Source of the DNA: an uncultured Candidatus Binatia bacterium
GTDB taxonomy: Bacteria > Desulfobacterota > Binatia > UBA9968 > CAXXLF01
Direction: 5' to 3'
Assembly: GCA_965218425.1 (NCBI GenBank)
Contig: OZ244621.1
Span: 2,528,001-2,592,000 of the forward strand
Length of the DNA: 64,000 nucleotides
Shown: positions 1 to 10,635 of the stretch, piece by piece
Layout of the letters: each line of letters opens with the position of its first letter
Position numbering within the stretch: the stretch's first letter is position 1
Notes under the pieces: model-generated
The model's database searches: none
Seen by the model: only the letters and a program-made list of their open reading frames with translations
What the model was told of the DNA's origin: nothing
Made by a program: the position numbers and the translations under genes

Positions 1-316
1 GCTCCGGCGTGAGATTCTCAAGTCGGGCCACGAGGATTCTTTGGCTTCGGGAATGGTAATGACCGGGGGGTCTACGTTGCTCCCGGGTATGGTGGAAATG
101 GCAGAGGAGACCTGTAACATGCCAGTTCGCCTCGGTGTCCCCGCCCAAGTGGGCGGGCTTACCGACGTGATTTCAAGTCCCGTTTATTCCACAGGTGTTG
201 GTTTGGTCCTCCTTGGCCTGAAGCGACAGGATCGAAAAATATTACGAATTGCCGAGAAAAATGTGATTTCAAAAGTAAGCAACCGAATGGTGGAATGGTT
301 TAGCGAGTTCTTTTAA
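1..316 (+). CDS. ftsA: Cell division protein FtsA, 3' part (runs in from window edge)
   Basis: GMVMTGG..LPG...PVRLGVP...[10 protein letters not shown] motif and amphipathic WFSEFF tail; directly upstream of ftsZ. Confidence 0.93.
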   Translation, partial: LRREILKSGHEDSLASGMVMTGGSTLLPGMVEMAEETCNMPVRLGVPAQVGGLTDVISSPVYSTGVGLVLLGLKRQDRKILRIAEKNVISKVSNRMVEWFSEFF

Positions 317-330
317 GAAGGAGAAATGCT

Positions 331-1530
331 ATGTTTGAGATTGTGGAGCAAACCCAGCTGGGAGCACGGATTAAAGCGGTGGGTATTGGAGGAGGAGGAG
401 GGAATGCCATCAATACTATGATTGGGGCGGATCTTCAAGGAGTTGACTTTATCGTAGCCAACACCGATGCGCAGGCCTTGGAGGCTAGTGGGGCTGAGGC
501 CCGACTTCAACTGGGAGGAAAAATCACCAAGGGATTGGGTGCCGGTGCCAATCCTGAGATTGGTCGCCAGGCGGCCTTGGAGGACCGGGACCGCTTGCGC
601 GAGTACTTAAGCGGGGCGGATATGATTTTCATCACTGCGGGAATGGGAGGCGGCACGGGCACGGGCGGGGCGCCCGTTATTGCTCATGTTGCGCGTGAAG
701 CCGGTGCCCTCACCGTGGGGGTGGTTACGAAACCGTTCATCTTTGAAGGTAAGAAGAGAATGCGGCAGGCCGAAGAAGGGTTGCGGGAGCTCAAGGAGAA
801 CGTGGACACACTGATCGTGATTCCCAATCAACGACTGTTGAGTATCGCGGAAAATGCCACCACTTTGCTGGAAACCTTCAAAATGGCGGATGGTGTTTTG
901 CTTCAGGCCGTAAGAGGGGTCTCTGATCTGATTGTGACTCCTGGTCTCATCAATCTCGACTTTGCCGATGTGCGAACCGTGATGGTGGAAATGGGATTTG
1001 CGCTTATGGGCGCTGCCTCCGCTTCGGGTGAGAATCGGGCCGTGGAGGCGGCCCAGAAGGCGGTCTCTAGCCCCCTATTGGAGGACGTTTCAATCCACGG
1101 GGCGAAAGGGGTTTTGATCAATATCACGGGTGGGCCCGATCTGAGCCTCCACGAAGTGAACGAAGCGGCCTCCATGATTCAAAACGAGGCCCACGATGAT
1201 GCCAACATCATTTTCGGGGCTGTGATCGATGATCGGCTAACGGACGAGATTCGTATCACAGTCATCGCCACCGGATTTGGGGACAAGGAAAAGGGTAAGA
1301 AAACCGTAAAAAACGCCGCGGCTGAGAACGGCATGGCCAATAGGGATACGAAGAATCGGAAGGTGGTTCATTTGGGAACCATTGTAGACGACATTGATGC
1401 TCCCACCTGGCAGCGCCAGAAACAAGACACCATGGAGCAGGAGACGATACATTTGGAAAAGCCCCTTCCCGGGGAGGATCAGGAGGGTGAGTTTGATATC
1501 CCAACCTTCTTGAGGAAGCGGATGGATTAG
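331..1530 (+). CDS. ftsZ: Cell division protein FtsZ
   Basis: GGGGGNAIN, tubulin signature [20 protein letters not shown]-terminal DIPTFLRK. Confidence 0.99.
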   Translation: MFEIVEQTQLGARIKAVGIGGGGGNAINTMIGADLQGVDFIVANTDAQALEASGAEARLQLGGKITKGLGAGANPEIGRQAALEDRDRLREYLSGADMIFITAGMGGGTGTGGAPVIAHVAREAGALTVGVVTKPFIFEGKKRMRQAEEGLRELKENVDTLIVIPNQRLLSIAENATTLLETFKMADGVLLQAVRGVSDLIVTPGLINLDFADVRTVMVEMGFALMGAASASGENRAVEAAQKAVSSPLLEDVSIHGAKGVLINITGGPDLSLHEVNEAASMIQNEAHDDANIIFGAVIDDRLTDEIRITVIATGFGDKEKGKKTVKNAAAENGMANRDTKNRKVVHLGTIVDDIDAPTWQRQKQDTMEQETIHLEKPLPGEDQEGEFDIPTFLRKRMD

Positions 1531-1569
1531 AATGATGGGAGAGAAAATGCGGGGGCGACTGAAGCGCAA

Positions 1570-1971
1570 TCAATCATTGTGTGGGCCTCGTCCTTCTGCG
1601 ATCAGGTAGGCTATGGCGTAGTTAGCTGTATGAGTAATGGAGAGTGAAAAGTACTCGATTCCAAGTTCACGGGCATAGGATGACGTCTTGTCGTGAAGGG
1701 TGATTCCAGGTTTTCCGTTGGCGGCCGGAACCACCTCGATATCCGACCATCCTACCTTGCGACCCCATCCACGTCCCAGGGCCTTCATGAGCGCCTCCTT
1801 GGCAGCGAAGCGCCCCGCATAGCTTTCGTATTTTCGTTTGCGTGCCTCGCAATACTCAATCTCTCTATCAGTGAACACCCGTTGACGGATCCTTTGTCCA
1901 ATCCTCGGATTTTCTAAGGCACGTTGAATCCGCGTAACTTCGATGAGGTCAACGCCTACGCCCAATATCAT
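1570..1971 (-). CDS. acpS: Holo-ACP synthase
   Basis: GVGVDLIE, FT..E, AGRFAAKEA..KALG, LSITH motifs. Confidence 0.96.
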   Translation of the reverse strand: MILGVGVDLIEVTRIQRALENPRIGQRIRQRVFTDREIEYCEARKRKYESYAGRFAAKEALMKALGRGWGRKVGWSDIEVVPAANGKPGITLHDKTSSYARELGIEYFSLSITHTANYAIAYLIAEGRGPHND

Positions 1972-1982
1972 GATTCTAAATC

Positions 1983-2243
1983 TTAGCTCCCAGGATTCTC
2001 CTGGTTACCGGAACTTCTTTGCGCCAAAACAAACAGGGGTCCCAAAGCCCATACCCCTAGCACAAGGCCGGCAAGGGTCCAAATGGTTCTGTTTCGTCCG
2101 CCTTTTGATGCAATGATGTAGCACAGGACCGCGTCCAGGACGTGAATCACGGAGGCCGTTCGGATCAAGGTCGCCGGGTCTATATTAGGCTGGATCAGGT
2201 AAATGCCGGAGAGATACCCCAAGGCGCTTGCCAACATCATCAT
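1983..2243 (-). CDS. Small membrane protein, hypothetical
   Basis: 86-aa ORF with about three hydrophobic segments, co-oriented with acpS. Confidence 0.65.
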   Translation of the reverse strand: MMMLASALGYLSGIYLIQPNIDPATLIRTASVIHVLDAVLCYIIASKGGRNRTIWTLAGLVLGVWALGPLFVLAQRSSGNQENPGS

Positions 2244-2340
2244 TAATGATTCCTAATTCTAAACTTGCGCTGGTTCTCTCCCATGGCCGAGCTCTTGACG
2301 GTCCCTTCTTATCCCTAGTATATACTTAAGCGCGCTCGAA

Positions 2341-3390
2341 ATGGGAACGCAAGGTATGGCAGTAAAAACCATCGAATGGAAAAATGACCAGGTGATCCTT
2401 CTTGACCAGAGGGTCCTCCCCGGGAAGGAAGTCCATCGTATCTATCGGGACTACACGGATCTCGCCACCGCCATCCGCGAAATGGTTGTGCGTGGCGCAC
2501 CGGCCATTGGGGTCGCCGCCGCCATGGGCGTCGCCCTGGGAGCCTTGTGGATAAAGGACAAAAATTTTGATCGGGAAGTAGAGCGTATATTCGGGGTCTT
2601 TGCCAAAACGCGTCCCACAGCCATCAATCTTTTCTGGGCGTTGGACCGGATGCGGCGAGTCTATATCGAAAATAGGAGCAAAGGGATCGATGGAGTGAAG
2701 AAGCTTCTAAAGCAGGAGGCTCAAAAAATTTACGATGAAGATATTGCCGCCAATCGACATCTAGGTAAGTTGGGTGCTAGACTGCTGAGGAACGGCTCCC
2801 GCGTCTTGACCACTTGCAACGCCGGAGCACTGGCTACGGCCGGTTACGGAACGGCCCTGGGAGTCATTCGAGCCATGAAGGAGACAGGTAAGCGGGTGGA
2901 AGTATTTGTAAATGAAACACGGCCCCTTCTTCAAGGAACTCGACTCACGGCCTGGGAACTCAAGAAAGACAGGATACCCGTCACTTTGCTGACGGATAAT
3001 ATGATCGGACATCTGATGCAGCGGGCAAAGTTGGATGCGGTGATTGTGGGGGCTGACCGAGTGGCCGCCAATGGTGACGTGGCCAATAAAATTGGAACTT
3101 ATACAATCGCTGTATTGGCCCACAGACATAAGGTTCCCTTTTACGTTGCCGCTCCTACCTCCACAGTGGACTTAAAGTGTACTTCTGGATCGGTTATTCC
3201 GATAGAAGAGAGGGATGGAAAAGAAATTACCCATTTCTTGGGTCACCCGGTAGCTCCCCGGGGAGTGAATGTCTTGAGTCCTGCATTCGATATTACTGAG
3301 CAGGAATTGATTTCGGCGATCATAACTGAGAAGGGCGTGATTACCCCGCCCTATGCTCGGAATTTACGCGCTTATGTCCGAAATTCGTAA
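2341..3390 (+). CDS. mtnA: S-methyl-5-thioribose-1-phosphate isomerase (start could be 2356)
   Basis: LDQRVLP, VRGAPAIG, TRPTAINL, CNAGALAT.GYGTA, ETRP..QG.RLT, GDVANKIGTY. Confidence 0.96.
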   Translation: MGTQGMAVKTIEWKNDQVILLDQRVLPGKEVHRIYRDYTDLATAIREMVVRGAPAIGVAAAMGVALGALWIKDKNFDREVERIFGVFAKTRPTAINLFWALDRMRRVYIENRSKGIDGVKKLLKQEAQKIYDEDIAANRHLGKLGARLLRNGSRVLTTCNAGALATAGYGTALGVIRAMKETGKRVEVFVNETRPLLQGTRLTAWELKKDRIPVTLLTDNMIGHLMQRAKLDAVIVGADRVAANGDVANKIGTYTIAVLAHRHKVPFYVAAPTSTVDLKCTSGSVIPIEERDGKEITHFLGHPVAPRGVNVLSPAFDITEQELISAIITEKGVITPPYARNLRAYVRNS

Positions 3391-4720
3391 AAAAGAAGAA
3401 CTGGAAGAACTCTTTCATACCTGGGGAAAGCCTCGCGATCAATGGCGAGTCGGCACCGAGTATGAAAAAATCGGCATCCATCGCAGTAGTGGGAGCGCGA
3501 TTCCGTATTCCGGCAGGCGCGGCGTGGAAGCGATCCTAAGGGCCTTGGTTGAACGTTACAATTGGGAGCCCAAGGAAGAAGACGGCCATGTGATTGCACT
3601 GAAAAGAGAGAAAGCGGAAATTCATCTCGAACCCGGAGGACAGATTGAGCTGAGTGGGGAGCCCTGCGAGAGCATCCATTGTAGCTTTGCGGAGTTTAAT
3701 CAGCACGCCCGGGAGCTACTGGAGGTGGCGGAGGAGCTGGACGTTACCTTTCTTGGCCTGGGCATTCAACCGGTGAGCCCTTTGGATGAGATCGAGTGGG
3801 TGCCAAAGCGGCGCTATCGAATTATGGGGCCCTACATGGGAAAGGTGGGGACCATGGGGCAGCGAATGATGAAACAAACCGCTACGGTTCAGGCCAACAT
3901 TGACTATAGCGATGAAAAGGACGCCATGGCCAAGTTCCGTACGGGGATGGGTATCGCTCCTCTGATCACTGCCATCTTCGCCAATTCCCCTATATCGGAG
4001 GGTGTTCTCAATGGCTACAAAAGCTTCCGGGGGCATATCTGGACGTTAACGGATCGCCACCGCTGTGGTCTCCTCCCATTTGCCTTCTTTCCCGAGGTGA
4101 CCTTCGGTCATTTTGTGGAATATGCCCTTGACGTGCCAATGTACTTTATCATGCGCGACGGTCACTACATTGATTTTACAGGTATCCCCTTCCGACACTA
4201 TCTCGCCCACGGTCACCAGGGTTACCGGGCATTGCAGGAAGATTGGGAGCTTCACCTGACCACACTGTTTCCCGAGGTCCGAATCAAACCCTACATGGAA
4301 ATCCGTTCAGCGGACAGCCAATCCCCAGAGTTGATGCCGGCCTTATCGGCTATGATCAAGGGGATCTTTTATGAATCGGATTGCCTGGATGCGGCCTGGG
4401 ACTTGGTCAAGCCCTGGAGCTGGGACGAAAGAATGAAGCTTTACCACGATTCTCATTCCCATGCCCTGGGGGCACGAATACGTCATTACTCCATGCTGGA
4501 TCTATCCAAAGAGTTGTTTTACATTGCCTGGGAAGGATTGAGGCGCCAACGGTCCCTGAATAGCAAGGGAGAGGATGAGACCATCTACCTGAAACCTCTG
4601 CAGGATCTCCTCGTGAACCTGGGAAAATGTCCCGCTGATCTCCTCGAAGAGCAGTGGGATAGTGAACAGAAACAAGGTCTTAGTAAGCTCATCGATTACA
4701 GTGCCTACAAACTTCCCTAG
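3374..4720 (+). CDS. gshA: Glutamate--cysteine ligase (GCS2/plant-like type)
   Basis: RVGTEYEK, LEPGGQIELSG, PKRRY..M..YM, TATVQAN.DY, FANSP, HLTTLFPEVR.K..MEIRSAD; ATG 3374 overlaps mtnA end. Confidence 0.92.
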   Translation: MSEIRKKEELEELFHTWGKPRDQWRVGTEYEKIGIHRSSGSAIPYSGRRGVEAILRALVERYNWEPKEEDGHVIALKREKAEIHLEPGGQIELSGEPCESIHCSFAEFNQHARELLEVAEELDVTFLGLGIQPVSPLDEIEWVPKRRYRIMGPYMGKVGTMGQRMMKQTATVQANIDYSDEKDAMAKFRTGMGIAPLITAIFANSPISEGVLNGYKSFRGHIWTLTDRHRCGLLPFAFFPEVTFGHFVEYALDVPMYFIMRDGHYIDFTGIPFRHYLAHGHQGYRALQEDWELHLTTLFPEVRIKPYMEIRSADSQSPELMPALSAMIKGIFYESDCLDAAWDLVKPWSWDERMKLYHDSHSHALGARIRHYSMLDLSKELFYIAWEGLRRQRSLNSKGEDETIYLKPLQDLLVNLGKCPADLLEEQWDSEQKQGLSKLIDYSAYKLP

Positions 4721-4792
4721 CCGGATTGCCGCAAATTCCGATTTTCCTGCCAGCTAGACAATTTCAGGATCTTGAGGTAGATTGATTAAGAG

Positions 4793-5434
4793 ATGAAGCG
4801 GCCCAGGTATATTGTTGTAGAGGGCCCCATTGGCGTTGGGAAAACGAGCTTGGCGAGGAGCCTGGCGGCTGAATTCCACGCTCGCTCGTTATTTGAAAAA
4901 GTAGAAGAAAACCCCTTTCTCGTTAAGTTTTACGAAGATCGGAAGAGCTTCGCCTTCCAGGCCCAGATTTTCTTTCTGCTCAGCCGCTACCAGCAACAGA
5001 GAGAGCTCATCCAGCAGGATCTATTTAATCGGAATGCCGTTTCCGATTACCTGTTCGCCAAGGATCGCATCTTCGCTGCACTCAACTTGAGTAGCGAAGA
5101 ACTGAGCCTGTACAAACAACTGTATCAGCTTTTGGGACCTCGGGTTCCAAAACCCGATTTGGTGGTATACCTGCAGGCTCGCCCCGATGTCCTTTACAAA
5201 AGAGTTAAAAAAAGGGATAAGAAGTTCGATAAAGAAATAGACCCAGAGTACCTGACCGAGGTGGCTCGCGCCTACAACGAGTTCTTCTTTCGCTACGATG
5301 AGGGCCCCCTATTGGCCATCAACACCTCGGATATTGATTTTATGGCAAGCAGTGAGGATCTGGCTGACTTGATTAAAGAAATCGATACCATGGGCTCCGG
5401 GACGCAGCATTATATACCGCTTGGATCCAGGTAG
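4793..5434 (+). CDS. Deoxynucleoside kinase
   Basis: VEGPIGVGKTS P-loop, Q.FFL.SRY.Q, PDLVVYLQA; common neighbour of panBC. Confidence 0.93.
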   Translation: MKRPRYIVVEGPIGVGKTSLARSLAAEFHARSLFEKVEENPFLVKFYEDRKSFAFQAQIFFLLSRYQQQRELIQQDLFNRNAVSDYLFAKDRIFAALNLSSEELSLYKQLYQLLGPRVPKPDLVVYLQARPDVLYKRVKKRDKKFDKEIDPEYLTEVARAYNEFFFRYDEGPLLAINTSDIDFMASSEDLADLIKEIDTMGSGTQHYIPLGSR

Positions 5435-5435
5435 A

Positions 5436-5545
5436 CTGGACTGAGACGGACGGCGACAGTAGTGGTCTGCCAATACGATGGGTCTTAACCAGGCCTCTCG
5501 GCAGAGTTAGCCTTCCAGCTCTCTCCGGGAGGCCTTTTCATTTTT
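5436..5545 (+). ncRNA. Probable pan RNA motif / attenuator in the panB leader
   Basis: Hairpin 1 CTGG-TGAGAC...GTCTTA-CCAG (5436-5492), then hairpin GGCCTCTCGG...CCGGGAGGCC followed by TTTTCATTTTT just before the panB RBS. Confidence 0.55.
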
Positions 5546-5557
5546 GGAGGACCGTCG

Positions 5558-6361
5558 ATGGAAGGAAAGGTTACGGTGCCTGGAATCAGGAAGATGAAGG
5601 AGAGGGGTCAGAGGATCACGGCTCTCACAGCGTACGACTATTCCTTTGCGCGGATCCTTGACCAAGCAGGCATCGATGTTCTCCTGGTGGGGGATTCCCT
5701 GGGCTCGGTGATCCAGGGGAGAGACAATACCCTGCCCGTCACCATGGACGAGATGATCTACCATACCAAGGCGGTGGCGCGAGGGCGCCAACGGGCCTTG
5801 CTGGTGGCTGATATGCCTTTTCTCTCCTTCCAGGTGAGCGTACGGGAGGCCAAGCGTAATGCCGGGAGGTTTGTGCAGGAGGCGGGGGCCGAGGCGGTGA
5901 AATTAGAAGGAGGCACGCGCATTCTTTCAACGGTGGAGGCCCTGGTCCAGATGGGGATACCGGTCATGGGTCATGTGGGCCTCACTCCGCAATCCATTCA
6001 TGAGTTCGGCGGTTACCGGGTTCAGGGCAAAGAGAAGGGAGCAAGGGAGGCCATCATGCAGGATGCCCTGGGATTGGAGAAGGCCGGTGTCTTCGCCGTC
6101 GTACTGGAGGGGATACCAATGAATTTGGCCGGCGAGATAACCGAGCGCCTGTCGATACCCACCATCGGCATAGGGGCCGGAATCCATTGCGACGGACAGG
6201 TTCTAGTGGTGCATGACATGCTCGGGATATTCGATATGTACACGCCCAGGTTCGTCAAAAAATATGCTGACATGAAGACGGTGATGATGGAGGCGGTGGA
6301 GAAATACATTGAGGAAGTGAGAGGGCAGAAATTTCCGGAGGAACAGCACTCCTTTCATTGA
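5558..6361 (+). CDS. panB: 3-methyl-2-oxobutanoate hydroxymethyltransferase
   Basis: LTAYD, LLVGDSLG, VADMPF, AVKLEGG, GHVGLTPQ, IGIGAG..CDGQVLV. Confidence 0.98.
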   Translation: MEGKVTVPGIRKMKERGQRITALTAYDYSFARILDQAGIDVLLVGDSLGSVIQGRDNTLPVTMDEMIYHTKAVARGRQRALLVADMPFLSFQVSVREAKRNAGRFVQEAGAEAVKLEGGTRILSTVEALVQMGIPVMGHVGLTPQSIHEFGGYRVQGKEKGAREAIMQDALGLEKAGVFAVVLEGIPMNLAGEITERLSIPTIGIGAGIHCDGQVLVVHDMLGIFDMYTPRFVKKYADMKTVMMEAVEKYIEEVRGQKFPEEQHSFH

Positions 6362-7218
6362 AAGCCACCACCATGCGGAGCGTAGTAGGGATACGGGAAA
6401 TGAGGGAATGGAGCGAGGAGCAGAGGCTCCAAGAAAAGCGCATCACCCTGGTTCCGACCATGGGATTCCTCCATGAGGGGCACCTGGAATTGGTGCGCGA
6501 AGGCCGAAGGAAGGGAGACCTTCTCGTGGTTTCCATCTTTGTCAATCCGACCCAGTTCGGCCCTAAGGAGGACTTTAATACCTACCCTCGGGATTTTGAG
6601 CGGGATGGAAAACTTCTTGCGGGTGAACAGGTGGACGTCCTCTTTCACCCTTCCGAGTCGGAGATGTATCCCGAAGGATATCAGACCGGCGTAGAAGTGG
6701 ACCGACTAAGCCGGTATCTTTGCGGGGCCGAGCGCCCCGGTCACTTCCGAGGTGTTTGCACGGTCGTGGTCAAGCTCTTCAGCATCGTACATCCTCATGT
6801 GGCCGTGTTTGGATTGAAGGATTACCAACAGTTCCTCATCGTCCGACGCATGGTTGAGGACTTGAACCTTGATGTGGAAGTGGTGGGTATCCCAACCGTG
6901 CGTGAGAGGGACGGGCTGGCCATGAGCTCACGCAACCATTACCTCAGCGAGACGGAACGAGCCGCAGCGCTCTGTCTCCGGAGGGCCTTGGGACGGGCTG
7001 AGGACCTGGTCCGGCAGGGGGAAAGGAACGGTCAAGGGATTTTGAGGGAAGTGACGGCTGAAATTGCGAAGGAGCCGCTAGCCCGGATTGAGTATGTCCA
7101 GCTATGCGACCCGGAGAACCTCCAGGCCCTGGAGACCATCCAGGATACGGCGCTGTTGGCCCTGGCTGTTCGCATTGGGGCGGCCCGCCTCATCGACCAT
7201 AGCGTATTAAGAGCTTAG
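6358..7218 (+). CDS. panC: Pantoate--beta-alanine ligase
   Basis: VPTMGFLHEGH, SIFVNPTQF, RPGHF.GV, FG.KDYQQ, DGLAMSSRN, RLIDH. Confidence 0.98.
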   Translation: MKATTMRSVVGIREMREWSEEQRLQEKRITLVPTMGFLHEGHLELVREGRRKGDLLVVSIFVNPTQFGPKEDFNTYPRDFERDGKLLAGEQVDVLFHPSESEMYPEGYQTGVEVDRLSRYLCGAERPGHFRGVCTVVVKLFSIVHPHVAVFGLKDYQQFLIVRRMVEDLNLDVEVVGIPTVRERDGLAMSSRNHYLSETERAAALCLRRALGRAEDLVRQGERNGQGILREVTAEIAKEPLARIEYVQLCDPENLQALETIQDTALLALAVRIGAARLIDHSVLRA

Positions 7219-7226
7219 TTCTTGTC

Positions 7227-7595
7227 ATGAACACATGTATGTTGAAAGGTAAGATTCACGGAGCCAGAGTCACCGACGCCCGCGTGGAGTATGAGGGGAG
7301 CCTGACGATTGATCCGAATCTCATGGAAGCGGCGCGTATCCTTCCTCACGAAAAGATCGCCGTGTGGAGTTTAACCACCGGCGAGCGCCTTGAGACCTAC
7401 GCCATACCGGGACAAGCCGGGCAGGGGGAAATCTGCGCCAATGGTGCGGCGGCTCTCAGAATCAAAAAAGGTGAGAAGATTATTATCGCCGTCTTTGCCT
7501 GGATGGACGCTGATGAGGCACGGAACCACCAACCTCGTATTGTTTTCGTGGATGAGCGTAATCGTATCTCGAGGAAAGTGGAGGGCGGCAAGTAA
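7227..7595 (+). CDS. panD: Aspartate 1-decarboxylase
   Basis: KGKIH, YEGS self-cleavage site, GERLETY, NGAAA. Confidence 0.97.
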   Translation: MNTCMLKGKIHGARVTDARVEYEGSLTIDPNLMEAARILPHEKIAVWSLTTGERLETYAIPGQAGQGEICANGAAALRIKKGEKIIIAVFAWMDADEARNHQPRIVFVDERNRISRKVEGGK

Positions 7596-7610
7596 TCTGG
7601 AGGAAATCCG

Positions 7611-8075
7611 GTGGCACAAAAAGCAGACAGAGAGCATGTCGTGTGTGTCAACCGACGGGCGCGTTTTGACTACTTCGTTGAGGAGAGCTTCGAGGCCGGA
7701 TTGCAACTGGTCGGGAGCGAGGTGAAAGCGCTTAGAGAAGGGAAGGCGCAGCTTACGGACGGCTATGGCCGGATCGGGAGGGGAGAGGCCTTTCTCCATA
7801 ATGCGCATATCAGTCCCTATGGGGCTTCCAGTGGGTTTAATCATGAGCCGACCCGAGCCCGAAAGTTACTGCTCCACAAACGAGAAATTCTCCGGCTCAC
7901 CGGGAAGGTAAAGGAGCGAGGGTTGACCCTGGTTCCCCTCAGGATATACTTTAAGAATGGGCGGGCGAAGGTGGAGTTGGCGCTGGCGCGGGGGAAAAAG
8001 GCCTACGACAAGCGTGATTCCATTCGACGCAAGGAGATGCGGCGTGAGGTGGAGCGATCTTTGAAAAGAGGTTGA
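7611..8075 (+). CDS. smpB: SsrA-binding protein
   Basis: NRRARFDY, EAG..L.GSEVK.LR, RKLLLHK.EI, ARGKK.YDKR; upstream of tmRNA. Confidence 0.98.
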   Translation: MAQKADREHVVCVNRRARFDYFVEESFEAGLQLVGSEVKALREGKAQLTDGYGRIGRGEAFLHNAHISPYGASSGFNHEPTRARKLLLHKREILRLTGKVKERGLTLVPLRIYFKNGRAKVELALARGKKAYDKRDSIRRKEMRREVERSLKRG

Positions 8076-8177
8076 TCGTCTATTGGATATTGGCCTGATC
8101 AATAGGAAAGACCTAAGAAGGATTGAGGGGGGACGAATTACAATTGACGAATAACGAATCACTGGTTTCTAAAGCTT

Positions 8178-8529
8178 GGGGGCGACTTGGTTTCGACGGG
8201 GGGAGGAAGTCAAAGCGGCATGCCGGGGTCCTGTTGGCCCGTTAAACAAACAGGCTGCAATTTAACTGCAGATGATTTTGAATACGCCCTAGCTGCCTAA
8301 TCGCAGTTAGCGTCTTACCAACTCTCTCCCGCGGGGTTGGATAAGACGTCATTTAGCGGGATGGACCGATTCTCCTGCCGGAGGGGATGAGGTTGAGACT
8401 TAAACCGGACGGCCCTGTGAGACCCTGCCACTGGGGGCTTGCCGGGTGACATTAAAACAGCGGCTAAGCATGTAGTCACTTTTGATGGGTTACCTTCGGA
8501 CGGGGGTTCGATTCCCCCCGCCTCCACCA
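8178..8529 (+). ncRNA. ssrA: tmRNA; tag reading frame 8268-8300 encodes (A)ADDFEYALAA*
   Basis: 5' GGGGGCGAC..GGTTTCGAC, 3' T-arm GGGTTCGATTCCC and CCTCCACCA end, internal tag ending YALAA-stop, adjacent to smpB. Confidence 0.97.
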
Positions 8530-8556
8530 TTTGCCTTTCCAGTACCATCCAAAAAA
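8511..8556 (+). repeat. attL (tmRNA 3' end plus flank)
   Basis: ATTCCCCCCGCCTCCACCATTTGCCTTTCCAGTACCATCCAAAAAAG recurs at 48400-48442. Confidence 0.85.
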
Positions 8557-8630
8557 GTTCAATAATCCCTTGTAAATAATAAGGTTAATCCGATATAGTG
8601 TCCGGTATGGTCCCATGCCATCCAACTACA

Positions 8631-8695
8631 GTTGCCCCCACAATGGGGGCAACTTTGGGGGCAACAAGGGAGCATGGAAATGGAGTTGCCCCCAC
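8631..8695. promoter_or_regulatory. Putative integrase arm-type binding sites (GGGGGCAAC / GTTGCCCCC x4)
   Basis: Four copies in direct and inverted orientation upstream of int; CAATGGGGGCAACTTTRGGGGCAACA also at 48318-48343. Confidence 0.7.
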
Positions 8696-9928
8696 ATGCC
8701 GCTGACAGATGTATCAATTCGTGCTGCTAAGCCGAGGCAGAAGACTTTCAAACTATTCGATAGTGGTGGGCTCTATCTAGAACTCAGCCCTGCTGGCGGG
8801 AAGTGGTGGCGGTGGAAATACCGATTCGGGGGCAAGGAGAAGCGGCTTTCCTTTGGGGTGTACCCGGACGTGAACCTGAAGGCGGCGCGCAAACGGCGCG
8901 ATGAGGCCCGTCAAAGGCTCGCCGATGGTATCGATCCGGGAGAAGCCCGCAAGGCGGAAAAACTCGCGCAGGCGGGTGCGGAGAGTTTTGAGGCCGTTGC
9001 CCGAGAGTGGCATGCGAAATTCTCGCCAGGATGGGTAGCGAGCCACGGCGACCGCATTTTGCGCCGGTTTGAAAAAGACCTGTTTCCCTGGTTGGGCAAG
9101 CGGCCCATCCTGGAAATCAAAGCGCCCGAGTTGCTGGCAGTGCTGCGACGTATCGAAAACCGGGGGGCACTGGAATCCGCTCACAGGGCGATGCAGAACT
9201 GCGGACAGGTTTTCCGTTACGCTGTGGCAACAGGCCGCGCGGAGCGCGATCTGACAGGCGATCTTCGTGGTGCCCTCCCTCCACCGAAAGAAAAGCACCA
9301 CGCCTCGATCCTCGAACCGAAGCGCATAGCCGAACTGCTCCGCGCCATGGATTCATATCAAGGTTATTACGTTACAAAATCCGCACTACGGCTGGCCCCT
9401 CTGGTCTTCGTCCGACCCGGTGAACTCCGCAAAGCACAATGGCCTGAGATTGACCTCGAAAAAGCCGAATGGAAGATCCCCGGCGAGCGGATGAAGATGC
9501 GCGAACAGCATATTGTGCCGCTATCCCGCCAGGCAATTGAGATCCTTAGTGAGTTGGAGCCGTTGACAAACCGAGAGATAGTCGCAAGGCCGAATGCGCC
9601 TCGTTATGTCTTTCCCAGCGCACGTGCGCATGAACGGCCAATGAGTGAAAACGCAATCCTGGCAGCGCTCCGGCGCATGGGCTACACTAAAGAAGAAATG
9701 ACCGGTCACGGCTTTCGCAGTATGGCGTCCACCCTTCTTCACGAGCAGGGCTGGAACCACCAGGTCATCGAACGCCAGCTTGCCCACGCCGAGCGTAACG
9801 CGGTGAGCGCAGCGTACAATTTTGCAGAGCACCTACCCGAGCGGCGAAAGATGATGCAAGCTTGGGCAGATTACCTTGACGGACTGAAGGCTGGGGCTGA
9901 AGTGATACCGTTGTTCAAGAAGGGGTAA
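8696..9928 (+). CDS. P4-type tyrosine integrase with N-terminal arm-binding domain
   Basis: MPLTD..IR.AKP...KLFDSGGLYL, LSFGVYP, VRPGELR, HGFR, QLAH, AYN catalytic Tyr. Confidence 0.95.
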   Translation: MPLTDVSIRAAKPRQKTFKLFDSGGLYLELSPAGGKWWRWKYRFGGKEKRLSFGVYPDVNLKAARKRRDEARQRLADGIDPGEARKAEKLAQAGAESFEAVAREWHAKFSPGWVASHGDRILRRFEKDLFPWLGKRPILEIKAPELLAVLRRIENRGALESAHRAMQNCGQVFRYAVATGRAERDLTGDLRGALPPPKEKHHASILEPKRIAELLRAMDSYQGYYVTKSALRLAPLVFVRPGELRKAQWPEIDLEKAEWKIPGERMKMREQHIVPLSRQAIEILSELEPLTNREIVARPNAPRYVFPSARAHERPMSENAILAALRRMGYTKEEMTGHGFRSMASTLLHEQGWNHQVIERQLAHAERNAVSAAYNFAEHLPERRKMMQAWADYLDGLKAGAEVIPLFKKG

Positions 9929-10146
9929 TAAGAGCGGTTCGTCTACATTAACTACCGTTGTTTTGAGATTCAGATGTTGGGTTTAGTTTTGAGCCTATTA
10001 GGGTAAATTTCGGCTGTCGCCGTATGCCGCCATTGGCTTGGAACCGATTCTCGTTGGAGGCGAGAACGTGGCTTGGGAAAATATTGGATCCTGCGGCATG
10101 GTCAGACTAACTGGATCGGACCTGTAAAACCTACAATCGAGCACTC

Positions 10147-10300
10147 TCAGGCTGCGAGTTGACGCCACTCGGCCAGGGCAGGGGCTCGGTCTTGTTTGAA
10201 AATGTCGCGGCTGTTGAGATGGCGTTCGTGGTTGAAGTGGTTGTGGATCGAGGCGTGGACGGAGGCGAACTTTTGCAAGGTCTTTACATTCCTGAATGTG
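10147..10300 (-). pseudogene. IS6-family transposase C-terminal remnant
   Basis: Minus strand reads ...KTLQKFASVHASIHNHFNHERHLNSRDIFKQDRAPALAEWRQLAA*. Confidence 0.7.
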
Positions 10301-10635
10301 GCTATTGCATTCTTAAAAGCTAACGGATCTCGCTACGCGACTCAAGCCGATTTACTCTGACAACGCCCTTTTGGGGATTCCACAGGAATCTGAATCCTTG
10401 CGTTTTCGGCTAAATTGGCCAAAACTAGCGCTACAATCTCTAATGAAGAGTCGCATGCGGATCCTGAGATCGAAAGACACAAAATACGGCTTCGGACGGC
10501 TGATTGATTTCGCGGGACGGCCGAGCATGCGCGTCATCCTCGACCGCATCTGCGCCGAGAGCCGGGACGAGTCCGAGAAGGGGCGTTGGCCCGCAAGGCG
10601 TCTATCGGGTTCTGACGTACCCGCAATGGTGCTTG

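Noticed and set aside
8615..8695. 27-aa N-terminal extension of the integrase in the ORF track
   Set aside because: It spans the arm-site repeats; family-like start MPLTD is at 8696 and the paralog stub starts at the equivalent codon
8696..9928. Integron integrase serving the attC-like site
   Set aside because: It has a P4-type arm-binding N-terminus and tmRNA att sites; no IntI features recognised
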